Source: the human T2T-CHM13v2.0 reference genome, Homo sapiens. Taken from it: 64,000 nt of DNA. The stretch's first letter is position 1; the number at the start of each line of letters is the position of its first letter. Position numbers and translations under genes: made by a program. The notes beneath the pieces were generated by a model. The model had not been told where the DNA came from. It did not search any database and saw only the letters and a list, made by a program, of their open reading frames with translations. Where the stretch lies: NCBI RefSeq assembly GCF_009914755.1, contig NC_060934.1. The stretch is one strand, 5' to 3'. Below, piece after piece: positions 42,421 through 57,014 of the stretch.

Positions 42421-44935
42421 GGTATAAATCCTTATAGTCACAGTGCTATGCTCTTAACAGGTGCTTTAAAAAAACAGCTCTGTGGAATGATTGACATTTA
42501 CATCTCTGAGCAGCTGAGCCTGGCAAGACCTACCAAAGGGCAAGCAGGATCCTTATATCTTGCAGAATATCTTGCTAAGGAGAGCTCAGGAGGCAGAACA
42601 GATGGACACACCTCAAATTCATTCTCTGATATGACCCGTGCTACACCAAGCACCTACTCTGTGCCAAGCCCTGCATTGAAGGCAAGTATGAGACAGCAGA
42701 CAAGGCCAGATGACCTTGGAAAGCCCCAAGTCCTATGGGGGCAACAGGTATAAATAAACAAGCATTGACATCCATAAAGAATTCCAACCTTTGAGAGTAA
42801 CTGTGTGTGATGATGTGTTCATAATTTTGATTGTGGAAATTATTACACAGTATATACATATAGCAAATCACATTATATACCTTGAATACATACAATTTTT
42901 ATTTGTCAATTATACCTTAATGAAGCTGGGGAAAAAAGCTTTCTTATTTGGGTTGATACATCATCTTCAGAGTGTGAGCAATAGAATTATTGCCATAACA
43001 TTATTATTAATAATTAATGAAAATATTTAGTTATTTAAAGAACTACAACCTTTGAGAGCCCGGTACCAGATGGAGACAGCATTGGGTGTGATTTATGGAA
43101 GGTGCTTGGGAGCATCTTCCTGGGAGATTGGGAGCATCATGGAGGGTGGCTTGTCAGCTGAGACTGCAGGGATTTGGAGGACCCGCATGTGAAGAAGGAA
43201 GGGAGAGTGAATGGGTAGGGAAGGATTCAAGTGAAAGGCTCCAAGGAACATCATGTTAAACACTGAAAAAGAAACTAGAAATGGAATGGAGTAGAAAGAG
43301 AGGCTATCAAGGAAGGGGTTTTTTGGAAATACAGAAATTTCATCTGAAACCTGCAGCGCACCCCACACCCATGACAGAACGACAGGTGCAAAGACCCTGA
43401 GCAGGAACGAGCTTGGCCTGCTGGGGGAAGCCAAAGAGCCAAGGAGTCCGGAATGTGGGGAGTGGGGAGCAGAGTCCAGGATGAGGGTAGGGGGCAGGCA
43501 CTGCACAGACATGCAGGGCAGTGCAGCCCAGCACGCACTCTGAATGTCATGAGATGGCCCAGGGGAGGATGATTGAGGTGAGGGTTGGGGTCATATTTAC
43601 GTTTAAATGTGACTCTGCCATTTCCCACATCATCAACCTCCATGTGGCTGAATTCACTGGACAGTCCTGGGCCTCCCATCATGTAACCCATCAAAACCAT
43701 TTTGCATAGTTGGTGGCTCCCCTGCTCTAGAAACAGTCTTCACCTGACTTCCAGGGACTCTGTGCTCCTGAGTTTCCTCAAACTCCACTGGCCGCTCCCT
43801 GCCAACCTCCTTTGCTCCGTCCACATTTCCCTAACACTGTGACACTTGGCTTTGTGGCTCAGAAGGTGGTTCTCTATCTTGCTTTCACTAATTATTTTGC
43901 ATGTTATACCTAGAGTCCTCCCCCTACCCCAGGCAAGTATTCCAGTGTGTTTCTTAAGTGTGTCTATTTGTATGCATTCTTGAGAAACGTGCTTTTCTCT
44001 GTAATGTGTCATGTTTCATTGTATTGCCCACCTAGTGTCTTCTCAGGGTATAGGTTCTGTCTCAAACAGGACTGTGAGGCCCTTTGGCCTCATCCTCCCC
44101 TCCCCTCCCCGCCACATTCTGGGTCTTCCTGGCACCCCAGATCAGCTTTGTCTGCCCGTGAGACACGGGGGCCACACAGGCTTTGCCTCAGGCTGCACCA
44201 GGACATTCCCCAGAGCTGAGTCCTGTCCACACAGCCTGCTTGCCGGAAACCATGCAGGACCCATCTTCCTCCTGCTCTGATCAAACCCCAAGAACCACAT
44301 CACCGGGGGCCATGGCAGGGATGACCTTCAATGAAAAAGAACCATTTGCTTATTCTCTTCACAACTGAACACGAGTGAAGGGAAATGTGCATCCACTTAA
44401 AAGTTCGGCTCCTCTCTCCACAGACCAATCCCCTCCACTCCTTCACTTTGTTCAAATTCAGTCACTTATCCATACTCCAGACATGGCCTGAGCATGCCCT
44501 CATGCCAGTCTCATGCAGACACCATGCAGGAAGGGCACAAGATAAGGCATAGGCAGCCTAAGGGCAGCAATGCGTAAGGAGAGCACACAGAACTCAGGGA
44601 GGAGCCAGAGGTGGCCACTGCCTTTGGTCCTAACCCTTTTTGGGGCCTCAGGGCCCCGCATGTAAAAATGGGCTTCCTAAGAATATCCACCTTGGTGAGA
44701 TGTGGTGAGGAATGAACATGGCAGTGGTGTGGCTTAACATAGCTGCTAGTAACAAGAAAAACCTAGTCCATGAGACATCTGCTCCACGTGGACAGGATGG
44801 GGTGACCCCGAGGGGAGGATACTAACTTCCCCCGGTGGTGGGGGTGGGCAACCAGGGAATGCTATACAGAGCAGGTGTCATGTCTCTGGGGTTTTGCAGA
44901 GAATAACTAAGCATAGGGTAGTTGCTCCTTGAGTT

Positions 44936-44941
44936 TTTATT
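44936..44941 (-). terminator. MAT1A: MAT1A polyadenylation signal, defining a ~1.96-kb 3'UTR
   Basis: AATAAA on the minus strand. Predicts an mRNA of about 3.4 kb. Confidence 0.8.
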
Positions 44942-46879
44942 CATTGTTTTAGCAGGAACTATTAACAAATAAAGGCTTTAGTTTCATACAAACAAACTGA
45001 CAAAAAAGATCTTATTTCTCTAGAGGGTAGGGAAAGTATAAAATTCTGAATTTTCATGTCGAGTGTGAGCCAAGTTAGAGGAACTTGGCCACCTGCAAAC
45101 CACTCCCTCCCTCCATGGGAAGGAATCTGAGGCTTCCTAGGTGACCAGGAGCCGGGCTTCTTTTGTTGCCTTAATTTCCTTTCACCTGAGAGAAAATGAA
45201 AGCCAGGGTCTTTGTGCTCCAGGCCAAGGCCCAGATGCTGGCTGCCTGCTCCCCAGATGAGACTTCCTGGGCTGCCTCTCCCAGCACCATGTACCCTAGA
45301 GAGAGGCCAAGTCCCCAGTGTTCCCCTGGGGCCCATGGAGGCCCCTGCCTGAGCCTGTGGTCCTGGGAGCTGGGGAGAAGGTAGAGATGCTGCTGTCAGA
45401 GGTCCAGGCTAAGGACAAGTGGGGCAGGTAGGGCAGGTGCTGCTGGCCATGGATGGAAAGGCAGGCAAGTTCCAAGACCTTAGCAGGCCAAGGACTGCTC
45501 AGGCCCCTTGGGAGCAGACCCGCTCCCCAGACAGTCACCTGGCAAAGGCAGAATCTCCTCATGACGTCTCAGAAGCTTGTCCAACACCAGAAGGCAAGCC
45601 CCGCCTATTTAACATGAGGCCATAGGACCAGCCTCCCTGGATCCGAAAGGGCCACTCACTCCCTCCAAATGCACTCAGCCTGCAGGGGATACAAGGGACC
45701 AGGGAAAGAGAAAGACTTGAGGGCCTCTGTCTAAGGGGCTGGCCATCTGTGCTAGGACAAGTTGCTGCTTCTGCTCCAGGAAGCCCAGATAGGACTGGAC
45801 TGGACTTAGACCACTTACCCCAGAAGTCCAAAAACCCAATCTCTGCATGTCTCTGAGTGGTCAGGGGGCTGGGATTCTAAAGCTGCTGGTCAGTCCCTAA
45901 CTCCAGCCTACCCTGATGGGCCAGGTAAGCCAACTCACCCTCAGTCATCTTCTGGGACACATGAAGCAAACAAAATAGCCCTGTGGTTCTGTCTTCACTT
46001 TTCAGACAATTGCCCACGGCTCAACAAGAGCTAGTGGGTTAATCCCCTAATTTCCAGTAACCTCAGGCCTTCAGGACAGAGTCCATGGCCTCATTTCTGA
46101 ATCTGCTTTGTCATTGTTTGAGCCTGTTACTGGCATGAGACAACGGTGGGGGAGGGGGTATGTCACAGGCTCCTGAGTCAAAGCTCCTAGTTATACATCT
46201 AGGTCTAAACACGTGGCTGTGGGACCCTGTGGAAGTTATCCAGACTCTCTGTGCTTTGCTTTCCCCCATCTATAAATGGGATATAAAAGGTACTACCTCA
46301 TCATGTTGCAGTGAAGAAAAAACGAGATCAGTTATTAGCTGGGTCCCTCGCACATTACAGGTGCTTAGGAGACATCAGTCCTGCTCTAACCCCTGCCACA
46401 TGCCTGGCCTGGGTGGGGCTTTCTGGAGACCCTGGCTCAGGGCACTGGCTGCCTGTGAAAGGGGGGTCCAGGAGCCCAGGCCCACAAGGAGCCCTGAGGC
46501 CTGTTGAGATGTGCTGACCTCACCTGGCACAGGCAAGGGGAGGGAGGGGGAGCTGGTCAGGGTCCAGCTGTTGGGGGAGACGAGTGAGGGAATTCACTCT
46601 TGACGGGGGTGCCTTTTCCACTAAATTAACATTGCCCCAGTCTGAGGGAGCAGCAGGAGAACACCATGCCCATCCTTACATCAAGATCCAACCTCCAGCA
46701 CCAGGAAGCCCCTGCCTCCAGCTGGCCATGATGATGACAGGACAGGCTAAATGAGAGGGACCTGGCTTTGCCCTGAGGGTTGGTGGGTGGGGAAGGCGAT
46801 CAGCAGCCAGGCGTCTGGGGAAGAGGAGCATGGCCACCAGGTGCCTCCAGGGTGAGACCAGGCCCAGCTCCCCCTGGCT

Positions 46880-46982
46880 CTAAAATACAAGCTTCCTGGG
46901 AACCTCCCATGGGAACTCGCTTCTTCCGAAATGGCCGTAGCATGCTGTCTTCTGGTAGATGGGCTTCTTCAAGTCCAAATCC
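46880..46982 (-). CDS. MAT1A: MAT1A exon 9, coding part (103 nt) with TAG stop
   Basis: [33 protein letters not shown]. The nine exons sum to 1188 nt (395 aa plus stop) with consistent phases. Confidence 0.98.
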
Positions 46983-47618
46983 CTGCATGTCCAGCAGAAA
47001 GGAAGGGCATTGGAAGATGGAACAGGAGCAGGGTTTCTTTCTCCATTTCAAGGACAGGAGGGAGCAACGAACTGTAACACAGCCCTCCTCGCATGGCACT
47101 ACGCCTCCCCACCGCAGTTGCGCGCACCCATCCTATCTGTGCCATACCCTGGTCTCGTTTTATAGCCCCACGGATGCTTAGAGGTTCAGGGACCAGGATC
47201 TAACTCCAGCCTTCCGGTGCTTTTCTCCTCCCACTCCACTTACCTGGCCCAGGCCAATGTTGACACCACTAAGCTCTAGAAACGGAATAGACTTGCTGAC
47301 TTGATTCCCAGCCATTTGAGCTATTTGGCCTTATATTAATAATTATTTTCCTAAGATCCCCGCCTGCCTCCCAGTTGCTCAGAGATGGCCCCACTGGAGT
47401 TGGTGTTGACTGGGCCAGCAGGAACCTGGGGCAGCCTCCTTTAACCTGACAACCAGGCTTTCTGCACTGGGGATGCACTGTGCTGTACCAAGAGCTCACA
47501 GACCCTCCCACTTCTGAGAGGCAGAAACATCCTCCTTTCTGCCTCCCTTTCAGGTGAGGTGAGCATCTGGGCAAGGAAGGAGCAAGGTCCTGTGTAATAG
47601 CAGCGCATGGCACTTTAC

Positions 47619-47752
47619 CTGACAATGACGCCCGGCCGGAGGTCGAAGTTCTTATGCACCACATCCAGCAGCTCTCGCTCTGTCTTCTGAGAGGTTCCGT
47701 AGGTGAAGATGGAAATGGACAGCGGCTCGGCCACACCAATGGCATAGGAAAC
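47619..47752 (-). CDS. MAT1A: MAT1A exon 8 (134 nt)
   Basis: [45 protein letters not shown] with an aag acceptor and a gtaaag donor. Confidence 0.98.
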
Positions 47753-48115
47753 CTTCCAGCAAGGTGCAGCGTCAGGGATTGAAGCCTCTGTGTGGGCCCT
47801 GCCCCTTTCAGAAGCTTTGCCCTTCTTCTGAAGGGACCAGCGGGGACCACATGCCTCTTGCCCCACATGCTCCCCTGCAATTTTCCTGCTATCTTCACCG
47901 AGGGCAGTTCTTCTACACGCCTCTCTCCCTGAAGATTCTGGTTTTCCCTCCCCTAGGTTTTCAGAGCCCTGGCCACAGTGCCCAACACAATCACACAATC
48001 ACAACCTTTGGCAAAGCATGCAGCTTTCCCACCGGGCCAACATCCCCTCACTCAGGGCAGAACTGGGCAGGGGTCCTCCACTGCAACAGGACGGTGGTGG
48101 GTGGAGGGGGCTTAC

Positions 48116-48298
48116 CTGGACAAGCACTCTCCGGCAGAGCCCTGCTTTCACCAGAGACTTGGCCACCCAGCGGGCAGCATATGCAGCTGAGCGGTCTACC
48201 TTGGTGTAGTCCTTCCCAGAGAAGGCCCCACCACCATGAGCCCCCCAGCCGCCATAGGTGTCCACAATAATCTTACGGCCAGTGACACCCGCATCCCC
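48116..48298 (-). CDS. MAT1A: MAT1A exon 7 (183 nt)
   Basis: [40 protein letters not shown]..., containing the GGGAFSGKD signature. The Arg264 codon CGT is intact at 48275-48277. Confidence 0.98.
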
Positions 48299-49474
48299 CT
48301 GCAGAGGGAGAGAAATCAAGATAAGAAGCAGAGCCAGCCCCTAGATGCTGGAGGGGGCTGAAGTACTGTGATGGCAGCTGAACTGCAACTCAGGAAGGAT
48401 GTCCTGGGGCTGCCCACAGACATTTTCCTAAGACCCCTTAGCCCAGAACTCTGGACTCCACTCCCAGCTCAGTCACTGACAACATATTGAAAACAGGTAA
48501 CCTGCCAAAGCTTCATTAGCAAGTGCAGAAGGTGGGCCAGGGGTTCTCTGGGGTCACAGCCACTCCCTAATGCCTTTGTTACTGAGTCCATCACAATGGA
48601 GAGATCCAACTGCAGGCAGGAACTGCACTGTCATAAATACAACCCTGGCTGGTGCCACCTAGCAAATGCCATGCTGCCCACTTCCCAAGTGTCCTCTGGG
48701 CAACACCAGTCAATAGTGATGTCTTTAAAAGGGTGGGAGTTCTATGTTAAATGATTTGGGGAAGTCTGCCTGCTCTACTCCCCCTTTTAGAGATCCACAG
48801 TTCATACTAGTATGTCTAGGCTTTGAGAAGTCCTGCAAGAAAAAACAATAAGTGTTACCTCCTTCTACTCTGTGTTTCTACACTCTACTTGCTACTGGAA
48901 CCCGGGATGGAGCTCAACTCTGGCAAAGCACACACGGCTGAGGGCCCAGGCAGTGGGCAGCAGCCTCACAGCAGTGCCCTCAACCTCCACCTCCTCACAC
49001 TTGCAGTACAAGAGAGGGGGCAGTGGTGCCCTGTCTAAAACACCCTGTCCCACTCTGGTGCCCACAACAGCCAGAGGCAGCCTGTGGTGAAGATCTGGAA
49101 ACAGCCACCCGGGAACAGCTGTCCACGTGCAAATGCTGCAGTGGGGAATGTGCACCAGAGCAGGGTGAGGTGCAGCAGCCGTGGGTAAGGTCGATGGTCA
49201 CTTGAGATGGCAGGAGTGGGAGGGCCCAGTGGCGCTAAGTGGAGGAATCCTAGGGACATATCCCCCATTTCTTGCACACTGTCAGACACATAGCAGACCT
49301 CCCCAGAGAGTGCACTAAATGTACAGAGGCCAAAATTCACCGACTTTACATTTAGTCCATGGCCAGAGTCAGCTGACCCCCTCCAAGCTATCTCTTGAGG
49401 TTTTCCTGCTCTGAGACATAAGCAACCCCAGTAACAAAGACAAACCAGGGCTTCGTTCAGAGACAAGAATGCAC

Positions 49475-49693
49475 CTGGGGACCTCCGATGACAAACCGCC
49501 CACTGGGCTGCAGGTGGTAGACGGTGTCTTCGTCCAGGTACTTGGCCGGCACCACGGCCCTGATGACTTGCTCCTTCAGGGCCCTGCGCATCTCCTCCAG
49601 CGTGATGTCTTCGTTGTGCTGCACAGAGATGACGATGGTGTGGATGCGCACAGGGATGACTGCGCCATTGTCCTGCATGTACTGAACTGTCAC
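49475..49693 (-). CDS. MAT1A: MAT1A exon 6 (219 nt)
   Basis: VTVQYMQDNGAVIPVRIHTIVISVQH...LQPSGRFVIGGPQ with AG/GT boundaries. Confidence 0.98.
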
Positions 49694-52600
49694 CTGTCCA
49701 TCAGAAGGGTGGGGGAGATACTGTGAGGCTGAGGCTGAGCGAACGGCACATCGTGGCCAGACACAGGCACCCAGGAGGTGGGCAGGGCTCCCAGGAGCCA
49801 AGTGGGGCCTCCTGTCTTCAAAGGGTGTTGGGGGAGTTAATCTGACACATTCTTACGTTCAAAAAATTGCCTGGTGCTGTGGGAGGACTGGGTGTAAGGC
49901 CCAGCTATTCCCACATGGGGCCACAATTAGCACTGCTTGGAGACTTGAGTTTCCTCTCAACTTCTGACCCACTACATGTCTCCTCTTCTGTCTCAGAGGC
50001 TTCCAGGTGCCAGCAAATGTCCCCCTGGCCAAAGCCCTTTCTTGACCCTCTATAGCCCAGGAGGTATCTCTCCTCCTGCCAATGATGCAGATAAGAAAGC
50101 CAAGGATCCAAAATGTAAATGTCTTGGTCAAGATCACACAGTCGGAAGAGCTGGGATCTGACCTGGAGCTGCATGGGCTGGTAGACAGGGCTCTTCCAAG
50201 AAGAAGGTTGGATGCCACTCAAGACCCTGTGCTGGCCACAGGCCCAATACTGCCGAAAGCAGCATGGACCCACAAGAGCAGGGCTCAGAGGATTTTAGGG
50301 ACATGTGGTGCCCGCAGGGGTGCAGCTCTGCCAGATGGCCCTGGGAGGGACACTGGCCAGTGAGTATGGGACTGCTCCCATCCCAGGGCCTGGACAGAAC
50401 CACGGGGCAGCAAACAGTGGCTCCCTGGGACTGTGCCTGCAGCAAACTCTCTACCTCCCCAAGGCTACTCAGGTATCCATCAAACCCTGGATCTGTATCA
50501 AACTCCTACTCTGTGTTCTGCCTGGTCTAAGGAGCAACAAGGAAGGTCCAGAAGAAGTAGGAGAAAGAGTCCTGGCCATGTAAGATCTGCATGAGATGGC
50601 CCGATGCACACAGACATCGTGAGCTGAGAGAAGTCCTCAAATGCCAGGCTGTGCACACACACGGCCCTGGGAAAGGGGCTGGAATCTGGGGTAGGGGACT
50701 CCCAGGAAAAGAGGCACTGTCTGTGGCAGACTCTAGGACTGGGTCTAGTCTGCATGGAGCCTCGGGAGAAGGTGCACAGCTGGGGAGGGTGCTCAGGCCG
50801 TCTCCACTGCTCCCCTGGGTGACTCCACCCCCACCCGGCAGACTCCACGCAGTGGCCTTGCAGAACTGCAGAATAGGGCAGCAGAGCAAAGGGCCCTGAA
50901 CACGGCGCTTATCTCATCATGTCAGCAAGATGTGGGGAAAAACACACCATGGAAAACACAGCTCTGACTAGGTACAAAAATAGCCATCCACACTGCCACC
51001 CAGGCCTCACTATCAGCAGCAGGGATTTGTTCAGGTGGAAAGACCCATCCTGCTCACAGCCAGCAGTCCAGCTGGATGAAGACACTACTTCAAAAACAGG
51101 GTGCGGAGCAGGGGACCTAGACAAGCTGTGCCTGGCCCAGGGCCTCTCTCATGGAGGGAGTGTCTAGAGCAAGCCAGGCTGTTCGCAGGCCAGCTGGCGA
51201 GGGGCCTCCTGGAGCCCCACAGCAAGTCTGCACCCCCTGAGACTGGAGCTGGCCCGCGGTCCTGCCTGTGGCAGGGAAGTGAGGCTGACTCTGGTATCTG
51301 TATTGGCATTTTCGAGACAATCCTTCAAAGGAAGGGAACCCCTAAAAGAGCCCATCCCACCCTCCCTTCCTTGCTGACCCCTAAACCTAGAAACCTTCTA
51401 TTTCATATCTAAGCACAATGAACCTGTTTCAGCAGGTCCAGTAGGTGGTCCCTCTGTTCCTCTCTCTTGCACAAGGAAGAGAAAAAACAGTCAGAGCCAC
51501 TGGCTACCTCCCCTCCCTGTTCTAAGATTTCCCCTTCTGTGAATCTTCACCCTGCTTCTATATCGCAGCACCATTCCAGTCCAGGACAGGACAGGCAGGC
51601 CGACATCATGGGCCCCTTTCTTTGGGTGCCATCACGATCTACATGTTTTAGCTCTCCTAACTCACAACCTCCAAGAACACCCAAGGAATGCTGATGGTTC
51701 CCATCCCCACCTTGGGGGGTCATGTGGATAACACAGGAAGTCCCAAGGAAGGGTTCCCTTTGGGCATAAGCACACTTCCCTGCCCCAGTACAGCCAGTAT
51801 GCAACCTCTGCCCTGTGCATGGTCTGACACTTGCACAAGAAGGAACTCCATCTCTGTACAACTGGAGTTGTACATGGAGCCACACACAGCACGCTGAGCT
51901 ATAACACCATGGGTGCCAGATTCCAAGTGCAGGACAAGAGAAGGCGCTGGCGCTGTCTGCTAGTGGCCAGGGATGGCATCCCAAAAGAGGTAGAACTTTG
52001 CTGGCCACTGAAGGAGAGGTGAAGACCAGAGAGGGAGCTCAGGTAAAGCAAAGCCCTAAGAAACAAGGGGACAATGAGTGAAATGATGTCGATTAAGCAA
52101 AGATGGTGTGGGGCAGGCAGAGGCAGGTAAAGTTGGAAGACCATAAAAGGTTGTGAATGCCAGAATAATAAGTGGATTTCCCCCTTCCCCTTGTAGGAAG
52201 CCCAAAGTTGTAGAAAACACTGAATAGATGTTAGGGAATTAAAAATGAGGCCTAAAGGGGATTAGCTGGAATTTCCAAGCAGGGAGTACCTTTGGAAGGA
52301 TAGGCCACTGATCCTGGCCTGGCTGGGATGATGGCAGCCCTGGGGAAGGCTGAGCTGGAGCGAGAGGGGTGCTTGATGGGGTAAACTGGGGACATGGGTA
52401 GGTGGAGAGAGATGGCGCTGAACAGGACGGGGGAAGGGCAGGAGGGAGGTGGCAGGGTGCTGCACACGGCAGGCTCTCAGGGCCCATCTGCTTGGAGGGT
52501 GATCAGAGAAACCCACAGGTGGGAGTATGTGAAGGTGACAATGGGGTCCACGAGCATGGACACAGGGAGAGAAGTTGTGCAGTATGAAGTGCTGGGAACT

Positions 52601-52834
52601 TGGGAATCATGAGAGGGCTCATTGGGGTTAAGCAGGGAGGGGATACAGGGGTGAGGTGCCAGGAGGCCTGCGTCTCCACTAACACTTGAATCACCTCAGC
52701 CTTCAAATATAGGCCTTGGGTTGATTTCAACACTGCAGGGAGAAGACAGGTCAGGGCCCATGGGTTTGGAGCTGGAAACAACAGACGTAAAGCCTTTTCA
52801 TGAGAAACAAAGATGAGAAAAAGGGTCATGATGA

Positions 52835-52930
52835 GACAGACAGCACAGACAGACAGCACAGACACAGCACAGACAGCGCAGACACAGCACAGACAGACAA
52901 CACAGACACAGCACAGACACAGCACAGACA
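52835..52930. repeat. Degenerate (CAGACACAGCA)n tandem repeat in MAT1A intron 5
   Basis: Seen directly. Confidence 0.85.
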
Positions 52931-53271
52931 GCCTGTTCAGGACAAAGAGGCCTGAAAATATGGAAGCCAGTTAAGTATGTTTGTGGCAGGATTTGGGGAC
53001 TCATTAGTCAATGTTTACTAATGAGCAAACAAAAAAAACGGAACTATTCTTTTCATTTCTCTGTATTTTTGAAATTTTTTATAATAAAATGTTGTGGGAA
53101 GCATCTCTAGCTGAAGATTTTTCACATAAATAGTTCTTTTCAAAACTGACCATTCTTTGAATGCCCAGATTGAATATTTCGATCTTAAAAATGACACAAT
53201 CAAGAATCAAGAGGATTTGGGGGTATTAAAGCTTCTGTCTAGGGCTCTCCTGGGGTAATTCAGCTGCTCAC

Positions 53272-53415
53272 CTGAGTCTTAGAGTCAGGCCGCAGCCAGG
53301 GGAGGAGGCCGGAGCGCCTGAGGTCTGCCATCCGGGCGTTGAGCTTGTGAGCAAGGATGATGGTGAGGGGCATGCACTCCTCTGTCTCGTCGGTAGCATA
53401 GCCGAACATCAAACC
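53272..53415 (-). CDS. MAT1A: MAT1A exon 5 (144 nt)
   Basis: [48 protein letters not shown] with AG/GT boundaries. Confidence 0.98.
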
Positions 53416-53778
53416 CTGTGGCGAGAGAGCAGGCTGAGCGGCGCCCACCCTAGACCAAGAGGACCGCAGCTCTCTCCAAGCCTGAAATCTCCCTGGTGTG
53501 TCCACGTTGATTGGGTGCCTCCTCCATGGAGCTTTCCACTGGCATGTGCAGGGGAAGGACGTCATCCCTGACCCCCAACACTCTAGGAGGGGGAGACAAG
53601 CCCAAACCCAGTGTCAGCAACCACAGCCATCCACAGCACGGCCGTGAAGCTGGGGTTCCCAACTCGCTCCTGGCTATCGTGCTAGGACAAGAATCCACCC
53701 CTCAGTGTGATTAACCCACTGCTCATGAACTTTCCCAGCCAGCTCAACACACAGCTCCCACATGCAGTGCCGAGCTAC

Positions 53779-53891
53779 CTGATCTCCTGCCCCCACATCC
53801 TCCTCATTTCTGTCCAGATGGACGCACTGGGCAATATCTGGGGATTGCTGCTCCAAAGCCACCAGCACGTTGCAAGTCTTGAAGTCAAAGC
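53779..53891 (-). CDS. MAT1A: MAT1A exon 4 (113 nt)
   Basis: [38 protein letters not shown]. Contains the gating loop, the GAGDQ signature and the MAT1A-type Cys in IAQCVH. Confidence 0.98.
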
Positions 53892-56800
53892 CTAGGCGGA
53901 AGCAAAGTGAGCCTAAGTGGGGAACAGGTCAGAAGGAGGGGGCCACAAACTTCCCAATGGATGGCTCGGTTCCTGACATGCCATTTGGTGTCAGCGTGGG
54001 GGTTCCCTAACTAGCCAGGGTCTGTCTAGGCCCACAGCTGAGGCCCAGGATGGGAGAGGCCCCGCACCTTCCCACCCTATCATGTAGAACTCTTTGGCCA
54101 ACCAAAATTCTCCGTGGTGCATTTTACTGTGCTCAATTAGACCTTGGTTAACACACACACACACATCCTACAGAGACCTGCAGATTAAAACAAGGTGATG
54201 CCAAGGCTCCTCTGGCTGAGGACGGTGGCTGACTCATACCCTGCCCCTCAGGCTCTCCCACAGGTGCCTCCCAGAATCTAGTTTGAGCATCACTGCACTA
54301 GGAGAAAATCAAGAGCCCTTTTGATACTGTCACTCAGAAGCCCAGCTGTATGCCTGACACAACTATTAAACATACTGAACAAATACAGTGTACATGAACT
54401 ATCCAGACAGACTCCCCAAGCCAGGGTCCTCTGACCCTGAGAGGTACACAGAGTCTGGGGCAAATGGAAAAGCCACCTGCCCTTTCCCATCTACAAAGCT
54501 GAGGCACAGGGTGCAGGCCTGCTACACCTAGCACGCGAGGCACTGGTTTGGGGAAGTCTGGACTAGCAGTAGCTCAGCCCTGGGAGTCCCATGAGGAAAC
54601 TGCTATGCACCGAGACCGTGCGCACCTCCTCACAGCTGTGCTGGGCTCAGTCACAGGGACTGTGAGAATAAGGGACTGAATACATGGACGCCCCCACCAC
54701 AAGGTCAAGCATAGTGACACACTCACTCTCCAAACCCCCACAGCCATCTTCCTTCCCATCTATTCTCCTACCCACACAGCCTGAAAGGGCTTACAGAGAA
54801 AACACACAGATCCAAGCTGCTGTTTCTGTACAAGCTTCAGGTGGGGATCTACTGCCAAGGAATAAAACTGAAGCTTTTCAGTCTGACACAGCCCTTGCTC
54901 CTGGGACTCCTTGAGCCAACATGAACTCAAGTTTAGCCATCAGCATGATATACTTTTCCATCTCCACTAGGTCCCTGCCTAGAACGTTCTACCTCCAGCT
55001 CCCACCCCACATGCCCAAACCCCACGTCCACTCTCAGTGCATGTCCCTGGACCTGCCTGCAGTTCATTAGACACAATGCCAGGAACTTACCCCAGGGCAC
55101 CTCATGTTGCATCATATACCCTGGGAGTATCAGGTCACCTTTGCCCTTTACACCCTCCTGTTTCCTAATGAATGTTTTTGAATGCACAAATCAATGAACA
55201 GTCTTTAAAGAACTGCCAAAAGCTGTCCTGTTCTGCACTGAACATTTCAGTTTACCTAATCACTGTCTGTCTAAATAATGAATCTCCCCAGGGCTCAAAA
55301 ATCAAGCAAGGGCTCCAAGGAATTTGGAAAAACAGAACTTAGGGGACCAAGAGGGGAGGTACAGGACTTGGAAAGGACAATGAGCCCAGCAACACCGCAG
55401 CCAGGAGCAACGAGGAGCCACTGGCCTGAGACCCTGCTAAGGCTGTTCCTGTCCACTGAGCACAGGTAAATGGACAAGCTTGGGCACAGGGAACCTCAGC
55501 CAGCTGAGCTCAACTCAGCCACGGCTGGGCTCTCGCTCATTTCTCCCTTTCTAGGGAACATTGCCTCCTGGAAAATTTCCCTCCTGCCTAATGCAGAAAA
55601 AGTTTTGCACTTGAATAAGGTCTAAATGTACATAAACAAATTGGCTTTTTTTTTGGTAGAACAGGCTCCGTGTGGTAACGCCTCAGGAAGCTGCAGCTCT
55701 GGGACAATGTGTTTCCTCTGTGAATACCCTCATGTCCCGACCAGGAGAATTAACTGGTTCTTACTGCTTCTCTTCCCACTGAGTCTCAAAATCACTGTCA
55801 TGCACTCAACCAATATTAATTGCTCATGAGTGCTTTGGGCTGCACCAGGCCATGGCTGGACTGAACCTCTGCGAGTCTGCACCATCATACCATGAGTGGG
55901 CTCTCTCACTTACAAACGGGGGTCCAGCACCCTGACCCACAGGATGCTACACATCACCCTAGACAACGATTATGTGACACAGGCAGAAATGAACACCTTT
56001 AAAGTCATGCTTCTCTCTGTGCATCTTGATTACAGGTGTATAGCTAGGCAGGATGACCTGGAAGTGGGTCTTTTTGCCATGGCGTGAGGTCATCACATCT
56101 CTCACAGTGATTTCAGAGAATTAGGGAAAGAGCTAACAGAGACCCAAAATGAATTTTTCTTTAAAAATTAGAATTGCCTGAACATCTAATGCCAGAGACC
56201 AACGTGGAGACTCTAAGAATTGGGGCCAGAGCCCTGCCCAGGAAGCCAGCATGGACAAAGGGCCCCTGAAGCTCCTGCAGAATGTGATCGCATACAGGCC
56301 CTCCGCACCTGGTGTCTGCTCTCTGGGTCCTTTGCTGCCCTCCAGGCTGTGCCGCTGCCTGGCCTGCTCAGTCTCAGATGTTGGAATCTGCTTCAAAGTT
56401 CTGCTAGGGCCTGTGCCCCTTCCCTGGGTGGTGGCCCCACACTATGTAGCACTGGTGCTAACCTGGACCAGCCTCGCCTGCTGTCAGCACCAGTTCTGGA
56501 CTGAGTCATCTTGCTCCATGTCTATGATTGCAAGTAGGTTTAGTGGAAGCACAGGAGTCCTCAGCCTAGTGGCTGCTTACCCTGTGATCTCACACAGACT
56601 GTTTACCCCTCTAGGCCTCCATTTCCTCGTCTGCATAAGTACATAAATGATTAAGACAACACAAGAGACTATCACCAGTGCCTGGCAGCGAGCATGTCCC
56701 CAAAGGAGGGCAGCCCCCTTTATTCAGTGCATCTTTCTCTTCCAAAGCCTTTGGCAGCGCCAAGAAGGCAAGGCCTAAAACAAGCCCAATCAACAACAGA

Positions 56801-57014
56801 TGGGCATGTGCTGGGCCCACTGGGCATAGTCGCCTGTTGGCCATCCTTATGCCAGAGTCTTTGACCCCTGGAACCTGACAGACAAGTGTAGGAGTGTTTT
56901 CCTCCTGGTAGTATTGATGCTCCCATCGGGCTGAAAGGCACGGGTTTGACTCAGCACTGGGGTCTCTATCAGCAGAGAGCAACAGGGATTTCAGACCCGG
57001 AGGCCTGCCCTCAC

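Noticed and set aside
53057-53065. METTL16 nonamer UACAGAGAA in the sense strand of MAT1A intron 5 (another at 43995-44003)
   Set aside because: Tempting by analogy with MAT2A SAM sensing, but it lies in AT-rich L1M-like sequence with no evident hairpin. The second copy is beyond the polyA signal, and I saw none in the 3'UTR.
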